A DNA stretch of 64,000 nucleotides from the NCBI GenBank assembly GCA_045806985.1, contig JBJMIH010000166.1:7567-71566 (forward strand), read 5' to 3'. Below, piece by piece: positions 26,616 through 36,452 of the stretch. The DNA is from Mycobacteriales bacterium (GTDB lineage Bacteria; Actinomycetota; Actinomycetes; Mycobacteriales; JBJMIH01). Both the position numbers and the translations under genes were made by a program. The notes under the pieces were generated by a model, which saw nothing but the letters and a program-made list of their open reading frames with translations, searched no databases and had not been told where the DNA came from. How positions within the stretch are numbered: the stretch's first letter is position 1; each line of letters begins with the position of its first letter.

Positions 26616-28517
26616 TCACTGTTGGCGTGCCAGTTGCCTTCGGCAGGCGAGGACGGCGAGGAAGGCGGCGCCGGTCACGGTGATGTCGAACCTGCCGGTG
26701 TTGGACAGGGCGCCTTGTGGCCAGAGCGCGAGGGTGCCGGCGATCGCGGTCGCGGTGCAGGCCAGCCATGCGGTCAGTACGGCGGCGGCGACTCGTGGCG
26801 GGCACCGGCCGGTGACCAGGAGGAGTACCGGCGCGGCGGCCAGCGCCACCAACGCGTCCCGGCCGGCATGTGTCGGCAGCCAGACGGCGGCGGGGGCGGT
26901 GGCAGCCAGCCCGACCACCGCGCCGAGCCGCCACCGGGTTCCGCCGGCCGGCGCCCGGAGTATCCGCGCGAACGCCAGCGCTGATCCGGCGGCGGCGACC
27001 AGGTATCCCGACTGCTGCAGTAACAGTGGCGGACCGGCGACAAGACTTCGCAGGTCCTCTCCCATCAGGTAGGCCGTCATCACCCAGGTGCCGAGGCCGC
27101 CCGCCAGGAACGCGGCGGATGCCGCCCGGCCGGGGTCGCGCAGCACCCGCAGGGCGGCCACTGTGGACAGTAGCGGCGGCAGTCCGATGAGGAACATGAA
27201 CACGAGGGTCCAGACACCGGGGGCACTGAAAAAACGGTTCCGCACGAAGTAGGTGGATTCGTAGGCCCGCATCGGCAGCGGCGGGAGTGTCATCCACAGC
27301 TCGTTTCCCGCCAGCACGAGCACATGGCTTGAAGAGTGCCACAGGGGCCCGTTGGTGTTGCGGGTGAACCAGCTGACGAGGCAGGTGGCGAAGCCGGCCA
27401 GGCACAGGAGAGCGGCCAACCGCAGCCAGTTGTCGCCGCGGACGCCGGCTGACGGCGGGACGGGCTGCGGCGGTGTCGGGCTGGCCGGTACCGGTGGTTC
27501 CGGCGGTGGGATGGCCGAGGCCGGCGCTGGTTCGACCCGGGGCGGGGCCGGTATGCCGGCGACGGCAGGGGTGGTCCCGGCGTCGGTGTCCAGCTCCGCG
27601 ATGACGGCGGTGGGGGTGGGCCGGTGGTCGGGGTCCTTGTCCAGGCACCGCTCCACCAGGCCGCGGAGGTCATCCGGTACGCCGTCGAGCCTCGGATGGT
27701 CGTGCACCACCCGGTACAGGACCGCGTGCCCGGGCCCGTCTCCGAACGGGGAGCGGCCGGTGGTGGCGTAGGCCAGCAGCGCGCCGAGCGCGAACACGTC
27801 GGCGGCCGGGCCGGCCGCCACGCCGGTCGCCTGTTCCGGGGCCATGAATTGCGGCGAGCCGATCAGCACGCCGGTGGTGGTGAGGTGGGTCGCGTCGGCG
27901 GCGCGGGCGATGCCGAAGTCGATGACGCGCGGGCCGTCGGCCGACAGCAGTACGTTGGACGGTTTCAGGTCGCGGTGGACGGTGCCGGCGGTGTGGATGG
28001 CCTGCAACGCCTCGGCGACGCCGGCCGCCAGCACGCGGGCGTCCTCCAGCCCCAGCGGGCCGCGGTCGGCGACCGCCTCGGCCAGGTTCGGGCCGGGGAT
28101 GAAGGCCACCACCAGCCATGGCGGCCGGCCGTCGGGGTCCGCGTCGACGACCATCGCGGTGTAGAGGCCGTGCACCCGCCGTACCACCTCGACCTCGGCG
28201 GCGAACCGGCGGCGGAATGCGGCGTCGTCAGCCAGTTCGGCGCGGATCGTCTTGACCGCGACCGGCCGCCGTCCCGACGTGAAACCCAGGTACACGGTGC
28301 CCATCCCGCCGGCTCCGAGCCGCCGGGACAGCCGGTAGTTGCCCACCCGCACGGGATCGCCGGGCTCCAGCGGTCCGCCGTACCGCTCGGCGATCGAGGC
28401 CATGCCGGCCCCGGCCGGCCACGCCGCCGTCACCGGAGCTCCGGTGGGCGGCTCGTTCGGTGGTTGCCGCCCTTCCGGCTCCGGCCCACCCACCGGCCCT
28501 TCGCGCACACCAGACAT
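26616..28517 (-). CDS. Ser/Thr protein kinase with a polytopic C-terminal membrane domain
   Basis: GAGGMGTVY..AVK, HRDLKPSNVLL, DFGIAR and APE motifs. A Pro-rich linker follows, then ~8-9 hydrophobic helices. Start ATG 28517 (alternative 28403). The upstream part of the 813-aa track ORF overlaps the MmcQ gene. Confidence 0.8.
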   Translation of the reverse strand: MSGVREGPVGGPEPEGRQPPNEPPTGAPVTAAWPAGAGMASIAERYGGPLEPGDPVRVGNYRLSRRLGAGGMGTVYLGFTSGRRPVAVKTIRAELADDAAFRRRFAAEVEVVRRVHGLYTAMVVDADPDGRPPWLVVAFIPGPNLAEAVADRGPLGLEDARVLAAGVAEALQAIHTAGTVHRDLKPSNVLLSADGPRVIDFGIARAADATHLTTTGVLIGSPQFMAPEQATGVAAGPAADVFALGALLAYATTGRSPFGDGPGHAVLYRVVHDHPRLDGVPDDLRGLVERCLDKDPDHRPTPTAVIAELDTDAGTTPAVAGIPAPPRVEPAPASAIPPPEPPVPASPTPPQPVPPSAGVRGDNWLRLAALLCLAGFATCLVSWFTRNTNGPLWHSSSHVLVLAGNELWMTLPPLPMRAYESTYFVRNRFFSAPGVWTLVFMFLIGLPPLLSTVAALRVLRDPGRAASAAFLAGGLGTWVMTAYLMGEDLRSLVAGPPLLLQQSGYLVAAAGSALAFARILRAPAGGTRWRLGAVVGLAATAPAAVWLPTHAGRDALVALAAAPVLLLVTGRCPPRVAAAVLTAWLACTATAIAGTLALWPQGALSNTGRFDITVTGAAFLAVLACRRQLARQQ

Positions 28518-28623
28518 CGGGCACAATCCTGGCACACTCCGCACCGGCGGCGACACCGAACGCAGCCATGGCGGGCCGGGGGCCGGGGGCCGCGGGTTGC
28601 GGAGGGCGGCGGGCAGACGGTGG

Positions 28624-29019
28624 CTACACCGGGTCGGTGGTCGCGGGATCGGCGCCGTCGTCGAGGCCGTGGAGGAGCGCGTCCGGGGCACGCATTCGCC
28701 AGGCGTCGGTGACAAGTTCCCGCAGCCGGGCGAGGTCCACCTGTGCCAGCCGCAGCATGACCAGCGGCAGCCCGTCGTAGCCGGACGTGGTGAAGAACAC
28801 CTCGGGTTCGCCGAGCAGCAGGGCCTGCTTCTCCGCCTCGTCGCCGACGTACAGCACCGCGATGTCGGTCCGGATGAGGCGCGGCCTGCCCGGCCGGCGT
28901 TCGGGGTAGGACCAGACGAACCCCTTGTCGGCCACCCGGAAGTCGAAGCCGTCGCTGTCGATCTCCACCACCTCAGGCAGCGCGAGAGCCAGCCGGCGGA
29001 CGTCGTCGGCGTCAGCCAT
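28624..29019 (-). CDS. MmcQ/YjbR-family DNA-binding protein
   Basis: 131 aa. VRRLALALPEVVE...FRVADKGFVW...FFTTSGYDGLPLVMLRL..LRELVTDAW pattern. Confidence 0.65.
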   Translation of the reverse strand: MADADDVRRLALALPEVVEIDSDGFDFRVADKGFVWSYPERRPGRPRLIRTDIAVLYVGDEAEKQALLLGEPEVFFTTSGYDGLPLVMLRLAQVDLARLRELVTDAWRMRAPDALLHGLDDGADPATTDPV

Positions 29020-29114
29020 CGAGGTCGCCCCGGGACGCTGTCTCGCACATACCGCACAGGCTAACCGGGGCCACCGGGCGACCGGCCGCGCCGGCGGTCT
29101 GCGAGGCTTGGTGG

Positions 29115-29669
29115 ATGGCGGTGGAGCGGTTGCCGGCGGCGGTGATGGAGCGGCTCGGTCGCTTGGAGTTGTCGTATCCGGAGGTGGGAGCGACCGCGGG
29201 AACGCTGCCCGCCGGTTACCGCCACCTGCTCCGGCGGCGGGTGATCGGGGTGGGGCCTGAGCCGTTCGCCGCGGCCGGTGAGGTGCTGATGGCCTGGCGG
29301 ATGCATCAGCGGTGCGGGCTGCGGCCGGCGGTCAGCGCGGAACGGGCCGAACCCGGCGCCGTGGTGGTACTGCGGATGGGCTTCGGCCCGGTCGCGGTGA
29401 CAGCCCCGTGCCGGGTGGTGGCCGTTGTCGAGGAGCCGAGCCGGGTCGGCTTCACCTACGGCACCTTGCCCGGCCACCCCGAGCGCGGGGAGGAGGCCTT
29501 CCTGATCGAGCACCACGACTCCGGGGTGGTGACCGCGACGGTCGTCGCCTTCTCCAGGCCGGCCTCGACGCTCGCCCGGCTCGGCGGGCCGCTCGCCCGC
29601 CTGATCCAGACCAGGACCGCCGACCGCTACCTCCGCGCCCTCGAAGCCCCGCCGACCGGGACGGCGTAG
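29115..29669 (+). CDS. DUF1990 family protein
   Basis: 184 aa. LSYPEVGAT..LPAGY...F..A...L..W, then TYGTLPGHPERGEE. Confidence 0.65.
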   Translation: MAVERLPAAVMERLGRLELSYPEVGATAGTLPAGYRHLLRRRVIGVGPEPFAAAGEVLMAWRMHQRCGLRPAVSAERAEPGAVVVLRMGFGPVAVTAPCRVVAVVEEPSRVGFTYGTLPGHPERGEEAFLIEHHDSGVVTATVVAFSRPASTLARLGGPLARLIQTRTADRYLRALEAPPTGTA

Positions 29670-29736
29670 CCGCCGAGCTCATCGAACCCCCGGAGGCGAG
29701 TTGGACGGGGCGGGAGGTGTGGAGGAGGCTACGGGG

Positions 29737-30120
29737 ATGCGATCTCGAATGGATGGGATGTGGTGGGGGACGGCCATCGAGGCGCCGGACCCCGGGAAGC
29801 TCGCCAGGTTCTACGCGGAGCTGCTGGATTGGCCGATCGGGCACGAGGAGCCGGGGACGGCGATCGTGGCCGCTCCACAGGGGTCGATCTTTCTGGTGTT
29901 CCAGCAGGCGGAGGGGTACCGGCCGCCGGTGTGGCCGCCGGCCGAGGGGGAGCAGCGGCCGATGATGCACTTCGACTTCCAGGTCGGCGACCTCGATGTG
30001 GCGGTGGCCGACGCGGTCGCGCTGGGGGCGACGGTGGCCGAGGTCCAGCCGCAGGAGAACGTACGGGTTCTGTTCGACCCGGCGGGCCACCCGTTCTGCC
30101 TCTGCCGCGAGCAGGACTGA
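29737..30120 (+). CDS. VOC (glyoxalase/bleomycin-resistance) family protein
   Basis: ARFYAELLDWP...MHFDFQVGDLDVAVADAVALGA...FDPAGHPFCL. Several in-frame ATGs make the start ambiguous (29701, 29737 or 29749). Confidence 0.65.
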   Translation: MRSRMDGMWWGTAIEAPDPGKLARFYAELLDWPIGHEEPGTAIVAAPQGSIFLVFQQAEGYRPPVWPPAEGEQRPMMHFDFQVGDLDVAVADAVALGATVAEVQPQENVRVLFDPAGHPFCLCREQD

Positions 30121-30165
30121 TCGTCAGGTCAGTGGGAAGTCACTGGCCGCGGCCAGCATCGGGGC

Positions 30166-31146
30166 ATGGTCCGCTACGTGCTGCGCCGGCTGATCGGCCT
30201 GGTGGTGCTGCTGCTGATGCTCAGCGTGGTGATCTTCGGCCTGTTCTACCTGCTGCCCGCCAGTCCGGCGGCGATGAGTTGCGGCCAGCGCTGCACCCCG
30301 ACGAAGATCGCGGCCAAGACGCGGGCCTGGGGCCTAGACAAGCCGATCTATGTCCAGTACGGGCAGACGATGAAGGGCATCTTCGCCGGCCGGCGCTACG
30401 CCGACGGCCGGCGGTGCGCGGCCCCGTGCCTGGGCTACTCCTTCCAGCTGTCGGAGCCGGTCACCAGCCTGATCAGGGAGCGGTTGCCGGTGACCGCCGG
30501 CCTGGCCTTCGGCGCGGCCGTGCTGTGGCTCGCGGCGGGCGTGGGTACCGGCGTGCTGTCGGCGCTGCGCAAGGGCAGCGTGTTCGACCGGGCGGCGATG
30601 ACGGTGGCGCTGGTCGGGGTGTCGATGCCGTCGTTCTTCACCGGGCTGGTGGTGCTGTACCTCTTCTGCGCGAAATGGCAGCTGTTGCCGTGGCCGCACT
30701 ACGTCGGCATCACCCAGGACCCACTCCGCTGGGCGCAGAACATGATCCTGCCGTGGCTGGTCGTCGCGTTCCTGTTCGCCGCCCTCTATGCCCGCCTGAC
30801 CAGGGCGAACATGCTGGAGACGATGGCAGAGGACTACATCAGGACCGCGCGGGCCAAGGGCCTGCCGGAGCGTACGGTCATCACCCGGCACGCGCTGCGC
30901 GCGGCGGTCACCCCACTGGTGACGATCTTCGGAATGGACCTGGGCGGGTTGCTGGGCGGGGCGATACTCGCCGAGCAGGTGTTCACGTTGCCGGGCCTGG
31001 GCAAGCTCACGGTCGACGCGGTGACCAACGCCGACCTGCCGGTGCTGTTCGCGCTCACGCTGGTGTCGGCGTTCTTCGTGATCACCGCGAACCTGGTGGT
31101 GGACCTGCTGTACGCGGTCATCGACCCGCGCGTCAGGCTCGACTGA
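30166..31146 (+). CDS. ABC transporter permease, DppB/OppB-type (orphan)
   Basis: 326 aa. MVRYVLRRLIGLVVLLL start, an EAA-like YIRTARAKGLPERTVITRHALR loop, and a C-terminal YAVIDPRVRLD. No SBP, second permease or ATPase gene is adjacent. Confidence 0.85.
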   Translation: MVRYVLRRLIGLVVLLLMLSVVIFGLFYLLPASPAAMSCGQRCTPTKIAAKTRAWGLDKPIYVQYGQTMKGIFAGRRYADGRRCAAPCLGYSFQLSEPVTSLIRERLPVTAGLAFGAAVLWLAAGVGTGVLSALRKGSVFDRAAMTVALVGVSMPSFFTGLVVLYLFCAKWQLLPWPHYVGITQDPLRWAQNMILPWLVVAFLFAALYARLTRANMLETMAEDYIRTARAKGLPERTVITRHALRAAVTPLVTIFGMDLGGLLGGAILAEQVFTLPGLGKLTVDAVTNADLPVLFALTLVSAFFVITANLVVDLLYAVIDPRVRLD

Positions 31147-33781
31147 CGGAGGCGCGTGGCAGGGACGCCGCCTCCCGCCGGTACCCGGCCGCGAGGTCGT
31201 CCTCGCCGAGCGTCTCATGCACGGCGGCGAGCAGTTCGAGCGTCTCGAGCAGCATGTAGCGCTCCCCGGTCGCCCGCCACCCCACCAGGGCGTCGCGCAG
31301 CGGGGCCACCGCGTCGGCGTGCCGGCCGAGGTCGGCGAGGATCTCGGCACGGTTGTGGAGGACCATCGCCGGGTAGCCGGGGTCGGCGAACCCGCCGGCC
31401 AGCTCGGCCGCCTCGTCCAGGACGGCGTCCGCCTCGGCGAACCGGCCGAGCCGGCGGTACGCGTCGCACAGGTTGATCGCGGCGGCGAACGCGTGCGCCG
31501 GGTCGCCCAACTGCCGCCACATCTCCCGCGCCCTGGCGAGCAGGTCCAGCCCGGCGGCGCCGTCACCCAGGTCCATGAGCGCCAGCCCGGCCCCGGCCAT
31601 GCCGTACGCCCGGTGCCCGGTGTCGCCGGCGGCACACAGCCGTTCGGCGGCCCGGTACCGGTCCAGCGCCTCGGCGGCCCGGCCGGTCTTCTGCAGCACC
31701 GAGCCGGTGCCGAGGAGCATCTGGACCCGCCCCTCCCGGTCGCCGCGGCGCTCGGCGCTGGCCAGCGCGGCGGCATGGGTGGCCGTCCAGTCCTCCCAGT
31801 GCGCGCGGTGCGCGAAGAAGTCGCGCAGCGCCGTGGCCAGCCGCCAGCTGGCGGGCCGGTCGGCCGCCGCGGCGGCGTGGACGGCCGCCACCAGGTTGGC
31901 CCGGTCCAGCTCCAGCACCTCCGGGTGCGGATGGGTGGCGATGAGCTCCAGGTACCAGCCGCAGAGCCGGTCGAGCGCGGCGTCCCGGTCGCCGCCCGTC
32001 AGCTCGGCGGCGGCCCTGGACCTGGCGTAGTCGGCGAGCAGGTCGTGCAGCCGGTACCGGCCGGCCGCGACACTCGCCACCAGGTGCTGCCCGGCGAGCC
32101 GGTCGAGCGCCGCCGCCGCGTCCGCCGGGTCGAGGCCGGTGAGCGCGGCGACCGGCGCCGCCGCGAAGTCGTCGCCCGGGTACACGCCGAGCAGGACGAA
32201 CACGCGTGCCGCCACCGGGTCGAGCGCGCGCAGGGACCAGGAGAACACGGCGGTGACCGTGCTGGCCGGGTCGGCGGGGTCGCCGGTCGCGGACAGCGCG
32301 GCCAGCCGGCCGGCGGCCAGCGCCGTCACCGCGTCCGCCACGGTCCGATGTGGATGGTTGAGCAGTTCGGCCGCGGCGACCCGGAGGGCGAGCGGGAGGT
32401 ACCCGCAGCGGCGGGCCAGCTCGGCGACCGCCGCCGTGTCGGCGGTACCGGCGCGGCCGGCCAGCAGGCCGCGCAGCAGCCCCACCGCCTCGGCAGGGGA
32501 GAGCACGTCCAGGTCGAGCCGGCGGGCGCCGTCCCGGGACACCAGTCCGGTGAGGCGGTCGCGGCTGGTCACCACGGCCAGGCAGCCGGCCGCGGCGGGC
32601 AGCAGCGGGCGGACCTGCGCGGAGCTGGCCGCGTTGTCCAGCAGCACCAGTACCCGGCGGCCGGCCAGCAGCGACCGGTACCGCGCCGCCCGCTCCTCCT
32701 CGGTACGCGGCACCTCGTCGGGTGGGACACCGAGGGCGCGCAGCAGCCGGCCCAGCGCGTCGGCCGGGGTGAGCGGCGGTTGCGGGGAGTACCCGCGCAG
32801 GTCCAGGTGGAGCTGCCCGTCGGGGAACCGGCCCGCCACCCGGTGGCACCAGCGGACGGCCAGGGCGGTCTTGCCCACCCCGGCCGTGCCGGAGATCGCC
32901 GACACCACGACGGCGGGGGCGGCGCCGTCGGCGAGTTCGTCGAGGCGGCCCAGTTCGGCGTCCCGGCCGGCGAACCCGGCCACCGCCGGAGGCAGCTCGG
33001 CCGGGGTGCCGGTCGCGCCCGCCAGGAGTACCCGCTGGTGGGCGGCCCGCAGCTGCTCGCCGGGCGCCACCCCCAGCTCGCGGTCGAGCCGGTCGTGCAG
33101 CTCGTGGTACACCGCCAGCGCCTCGCGCTGCCGGCCGGCGGCGGTCAGCAGGTCCATCAGATCCGCGTGGACCCGCTCGTCCCACGGGTCCCACCGGGCG
33201 GCGACCCTGGCGGCGGGCAGCACCGCCACCGGCCGGCCGGCGCCGAGCGCGACGGCGGCCGCCGCCCGCACCGCCGCCACGTACTCGGCGTCCACGTCGA
33301 GGAGGGCGGCCCGGTCCGGCGGGCGCAGGTCGGCGCAGCACCGGCCCTGCCACAGGTCCAGCGCCCCGGCGTAGGCCGCCGTCGCCGCACCCGGATCGGC
33401 CGCCGCCAGCGCCCCGGCCGCCGCCCGCGCCGCCCGGAACCGGCTCAGGTCCAGCAGGTCACCCGGCTCGGCCAGCCGGTAACCCTCGCCCACCCTGGCC
33501 AGCCAGCGGCCCGTGGCACGGGCGGTCAGCTCCGGCTCGAACAGCCGCCGGATCGCGCCGACGTGCCGGTGTACCAGGTTGGCCGCGCTCGGGGGCGGGT
33601 CCTCGCCCCACAGCGCGTCCACGAGCTCGGACACGCCGACCCGGCGGCCGGCCCCGACCAGCAGCAGGCCGAGCACGACCCGGCGCTGGCGCGGCCCGAG
33701 GTCCACCTCGACCCCGTCCCGCCAGGCGCGTAGCGGCCCGAGCACCGAGAGCCGCAAACCGTGCCCCGTCGAGGTCCCCAC
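31133..33781 (-). CDS. AfsR/SARP-family regulator (winged-helix + BTAD + NB-ARC + TPR)
   Basis: LRLSVLGPLRAWRDG...RVVLGLLL... is the OmpR-type/BTAD N-terminus. P-loop GTAGVGKTALA, LVLLDNA Walker B, C-terminal TPR-like repeats. Start GTG 33781 or TTG 33757. The 1696-aa track ORF is not a single gene. Confidence 0.8.
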   Translation of the reverse strand: MGTSTGHGLRLSVLGPLRAWRDGVEVDLGPRQRRVVLGLLLVGAGRRVGVSELVDALWGEDPPPSAANLVHRHVGAIRRLFEPELTARATGRWLARVGEGYRLAEPGDLLDLSRFRAARAAAGALAAADPGAATAAYAGALDLWQGRCCADLRPPDRAALLDVDAEYVAAVRAAAAVALGAGRPVAVLPAARVAARWDPWDERVHADLMDLLTAAGRQREALAVYHELHDRLDRELGVAPGEQLRAAHQRVLLAGATGTPAELPPAVAGFAGRDAELGRLDELADGAAPAVVVSAISGTAGVGKTALAVRWCHRVAGRFPDGQLHLDLRGYSPQPPLTPADALGRLLRALGVPPDEVPRTEEERAARYRSLLAGRRVLVLLDNAASSAQVRPLLPAAAGCLAVVTSRDRLTGLVSRDGARRLDLDVLSPAEAVGLLRGLLAGRAGTADTAAVAELARRCGYLPLALRVAAAELLNHPHRTVADAVTALAAGRLAALSATGDPADPASTVTAVFSWSLRALDPVAARVFVLLGVYPGDDFAAAPVAALTGLDPADAAAALDRLAGQHLVASVAAGRYRLHDLLADYARSRAAAELTGGDRDAALDRLCGWYLELIATHPHPEVLELDRANLVAAVHAAAAADRPASWRLATALRDFFAHRAHWEDWTATHAAALASAERRGDREGRVQMLLGTGSVLQKTGRAAEALDRYRAAERLCAAGDTGHRAYGMAGAGLALMDLGDGAAGLDLLARAREMWRQLGDPAHAFAAAINLCDAYRRLGRFAEADAVLDEAAELAGGFADPGYPAMVLHNRAEILADLGRHADAVAPLRDALVGWRATGERYMLLETLELLAAVHETLGEDDLAAGYRREAASLPRASVSRA

Positions 33782-33907
33782 GGGCGCGAGCCTTCCACAG
33801 CCACCGGTGTCGCGGGAATGTGGTGCGAAGGGATGACAGCGCGGGAACGTCCGGCCATGCGAGCCTGTGCCATGTTGCGGGGTCACATGGGCAGGGGTGA
33901 GGGAGGC

Positions 33908-36382
33908 ATGGCGGCCGTCGAGGAGCTCGGCGCGGCCCTGTACGAGCGGCGGCTGGCGCGCGGCCTGTCGCTGCGGGTGCTGGCCCGCCGGCTGGGGATG
34001 AGCGGGCACAGCGGGCTGGCCCGGTACGAGAAGGGCGACCGCATCCCGCCGGCCGACCTGATCAGGGCGTACGAGCGGGTGCTCGGCGTCACCGACGGCG
34101 CGCTGGTGGCGCTGCGCGACCGGGCGCTGGCCGAGCGTGCCAGCAGCAAGGTGCGGGCGCTGCTGGGCAGCGAACGGCCCCCGGTCGCGGTGCCGGCGGC
34201 CGGTGGCGGCGCCGGCCTGCCGGCCCGCCAGCTCCCGCCGGCCTGCGGCGACTTCACCGGCCGGCAGGCGGAACTCGACTGGGCGCGGGCGGAGCTGGAC
34301 CGCGCCGGCGGCGCCGGCTGGGCGCCGGTGGTGCTGTCGGTGTCGGGCAAGCCCGGGGTCGGCAAGACGGCGTTCGCGGTACGGCTCGCGCACGAGGTCG
34401 CCGACCGGTACCCGGACGCCCACCTGTACGTCGACCTGCGCGGCGCGGGCGACTCGCCACTCGACCCGGCCGAGGTGCTGGCCCGCTTCCTGACCGCGCT
34501 CGGCGTGCCGGACGGGACCGCGCCGGCCGGCCTGGACGACCGGGCCGCCCTGTACCGGACGCTGCTGCGGGACCGGTGCGCCATGGTGTTGCTGGACAAC
34601 GCCGGCGACGAGGCTCAGGTACGGCCGCTGCTGCCGGCCGCGGCCGGCAGCCTGGTGGTGGTCACCAGCCGGCACCTGCTGCGCGGGCTGGAGGGCGCGC
34701 GGCGGCTGTCGCTGGACGTTCCCCGCCCGCTGGAGGCCGTCGCGCTGCTGGGCCGGATCGCCGGCGCCGAGCGGGTCCGCGCCGGCCGGCCCGCCGCGCT
34801 GGACATCGTCACGCTGTGCGGCTGCCTCCCGCTGGCCGTCCGGATCGCCGGCAACCGGCTGCTCGACTGGCCGGAGTGGACACTCGGATACCTGCGTGAC
34901 GCCCTCGCCGACACCCACCGCCGGCTGGCCTGGCTGCGCGCCGGTGACCTGGACGTGCGGGCCGCCTTCGAGCTGTCGTACCGGGACCTGCCGGCTGCGT
35001 CGGCGCGGCTGTTCCGGCTGCTCAGCCTGGTACCCGGCCCGGACTTCGGCGCGGACGTGGCCGCCGTGCTGCTGGCCGGGACGCCGGCCGAGGCCGGGCT
35101 GCTGCTGGAGGAGCTGGCCGCGACCAGCCTGATCGAGCCGGTGGCGACGCCGGGCCGGTACCGGCTGCACGACCTGCTCGCGCTGTTCGCCGCCGAGCGC
35201 CGCGACGAGGCTGAGCCGGCGGAGGCGCGGACGGCCGCCGCCGAGCGGCTGGTGGTCTGGCTGCTGGCCACGGCCGACGCGGCGGCGGACGCGCTGAGCC
35301 CGGCCCCGGCGGTACCTGCCGGGGACCGCCGGTTCACCGACAGCGGGGCGGCGCTGGACTGGCTCGACGCCGAGTGGGGCAACGTCCGCGCCGCTGCCCG
35401 GCAGGCCCGCGGTCCGCGCGTCGACCACCTCGTGGGCCAGCTCGCCGCGAGCCTGCCCTGGTACTTCGACCTGCGCTGCCGCTGGGAGGACTGGCGGGAG
35501 GCGGCCGAGCTGTCGCTGGCGGCGGCCGGCCGGACCGGGGACCGGCGGCAGCAGGCCGCCGCCCGCAACAGCCTCGGGCTGGCGCTGTGGGGGCTGGGCC
35601 GCTTCGCCGAGGCGGCCGACCTGCACCGGGCCGCCGCCGAGCTGGCGCGCGCGGCCGGCGAGGGCCGGGAGGAGGCGTGGGCGCTGGACGACCTGGGCCT
35701 GGCGTACTGGGGCCTGGGCCGGTTCGCGGAAGCGGCCGAGCTGCACCGCGAGGCCGAGCGCCGCTGCCGGCGGCTCGGTGACCGGTGGGGCCAGGCGCTG
35801 GGCCTGAACCATCGGGGGTACGCGCTGCGGATGCTCGGCCGGTTCGCCGACGCCGTCGAGTGCCACCGGCAGGCGCTGGTGCTGTTCCGCCGGCTCGGCG
35901 ACCGGCGCGGCGAGGGGATGGCCTGGAGCAACCTGGGCCTGGCGCTGTGCGGGCTGCGCCAGTTCGCCGAGGCCAGGGACTGCCACGACCGGGCCCGCGC
36001 GCTGTCCGCCAGGGCCGAGGACCACTGGGCGGAGGGGCTGGCCCGGTACGGGCTGGGCATCTGCGCGCACGGCCTGGGCGACCTGGACGGCGCGGTCGAG
36101 CACCACCAGCAGGCGCTGCGGATCTTCGAGGGCCTCGGCGACCGGTACTGGCAGGCGCAGGTGCTGCGGTCGCTGGGCGCGGCGTCGAAGGCGGCCGGCC
36201 GGGCCGACCGGGCGGCGGCGCACTGGCGGCGCGGCCGGGCGCTGTTCGACGAGCTCGGCTCGCCGGAGTGCGAAGACCTGGTGGCGCTGGCCGCCGGTGG
36301 CCGCTCAGACGTGACGGTGGCGATCCCGCGCGCGTTCCTGGCCGCGAACGGGCTGCCGGGAACATTTCGGGAACATTCGTAG
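33908..36382 (+). CDS. XRE-HTH + NB-ARC + TPR (STAND) regulator
   Basis: N-terminal LYERRLARGLSLRVLARRLGMS HTH, P-loop GKPGVGKTAFA, MVLLDNA, and repeated LG(R)FAEA...H..A TPR units. Divergent from the SARP gene. Confidence 0.8.
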   Translation: MAAVEELGAALYERRLARGLSLRVLARRLGMSGHSGLARYEKGDRIPPADLIRAYERVLGVTDGALVALRDRALAERASSKVRALLGSERPPVAVPAAGGGAGLPARQLPPACGDFTGRQAELDWARAELDRAGGAGWAPVVLSVSGKPGVGKTAFAVRLAHEVADRYPDAHLYVDLRGAGDSPLDPAEVLARFLTALGVPDGTAPAGLDDRAALYRTLLRDRCAMVLLDNAGDEAQVRPLLPAAAGSLVVVTSRHLLRGLEGARRLSLDVPRPLEAVALLGRIAGAERVRAGRPAALDIVTLCGCLPLAVRIAGNRLLDWPEWTLGYLRDALADTHRRLAWLRAGDLDVRAAFELSYRDLPAASARLFRLLSLVPGPDFGADVAAVLLAGTPAEAGLLLEELAATSLIEPVATPGRYRLHDLLALFAAERRDEAEPAEARTAAAERLVVWLLATADAAADALSPAPAVPAGDRRFTDSGAALDWLDAEWGNVRAAARQARGPRVDHLVGQLAASLPWYFDLRCRWEDWREAAELSLAAAGRTGDRRQQAAARNSLGLALWGLGRFAEAADLHRAAAELARAAGEGREEAWALDDLGLAYWGLGRFAEAAELHREAERRCRRLGDRWGQALGLNHRGYALRMLGRFADAVECHRQALVLFRRLGDRRGEGMAWSNLGLALCGLRQFAEARDCHDRARALSARAEDHWAEGLARYGLGICAHGLGDLDGAVEHHQQALRIFEGLGDRYWQAQVLRSLGAASKAAGRADRAAAHWRRGRALFDELGSPECEDLVALAAGGRSDVTVAIPRAFLAANGLPGTFREHS

Positions 36383-36452
36383 CACGCCGGGTGCCCGACT
36401 GCTGCCCCACGATGGTCCGGCGTCTGCCCGACAGCGACGTCAGGAGGCACTC

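Noticed and set aside
26616-29057. The 813-aa version of the Ser/Thr kinase ORF.
   Set aside because: The upstream ~180 codons overlap the well-supported MmcQ/YjbR gene (28624..29019) in another frame and are low-complexity. The kinase domain begins just after ATG 28517/28403.
31133-36223. A 1696-aa minus-strand ORF that looks like a giant gene.
   Set aside because: Only the part from about 33781 down to 31133 has SARP/NB-ARC/TPR sequence. Above that it is Arg/Pro/Gly-rich antisense shadow of the genuine plus-strand regulator 33908..36382. High GC suppresses stop codons in non-coding frames.
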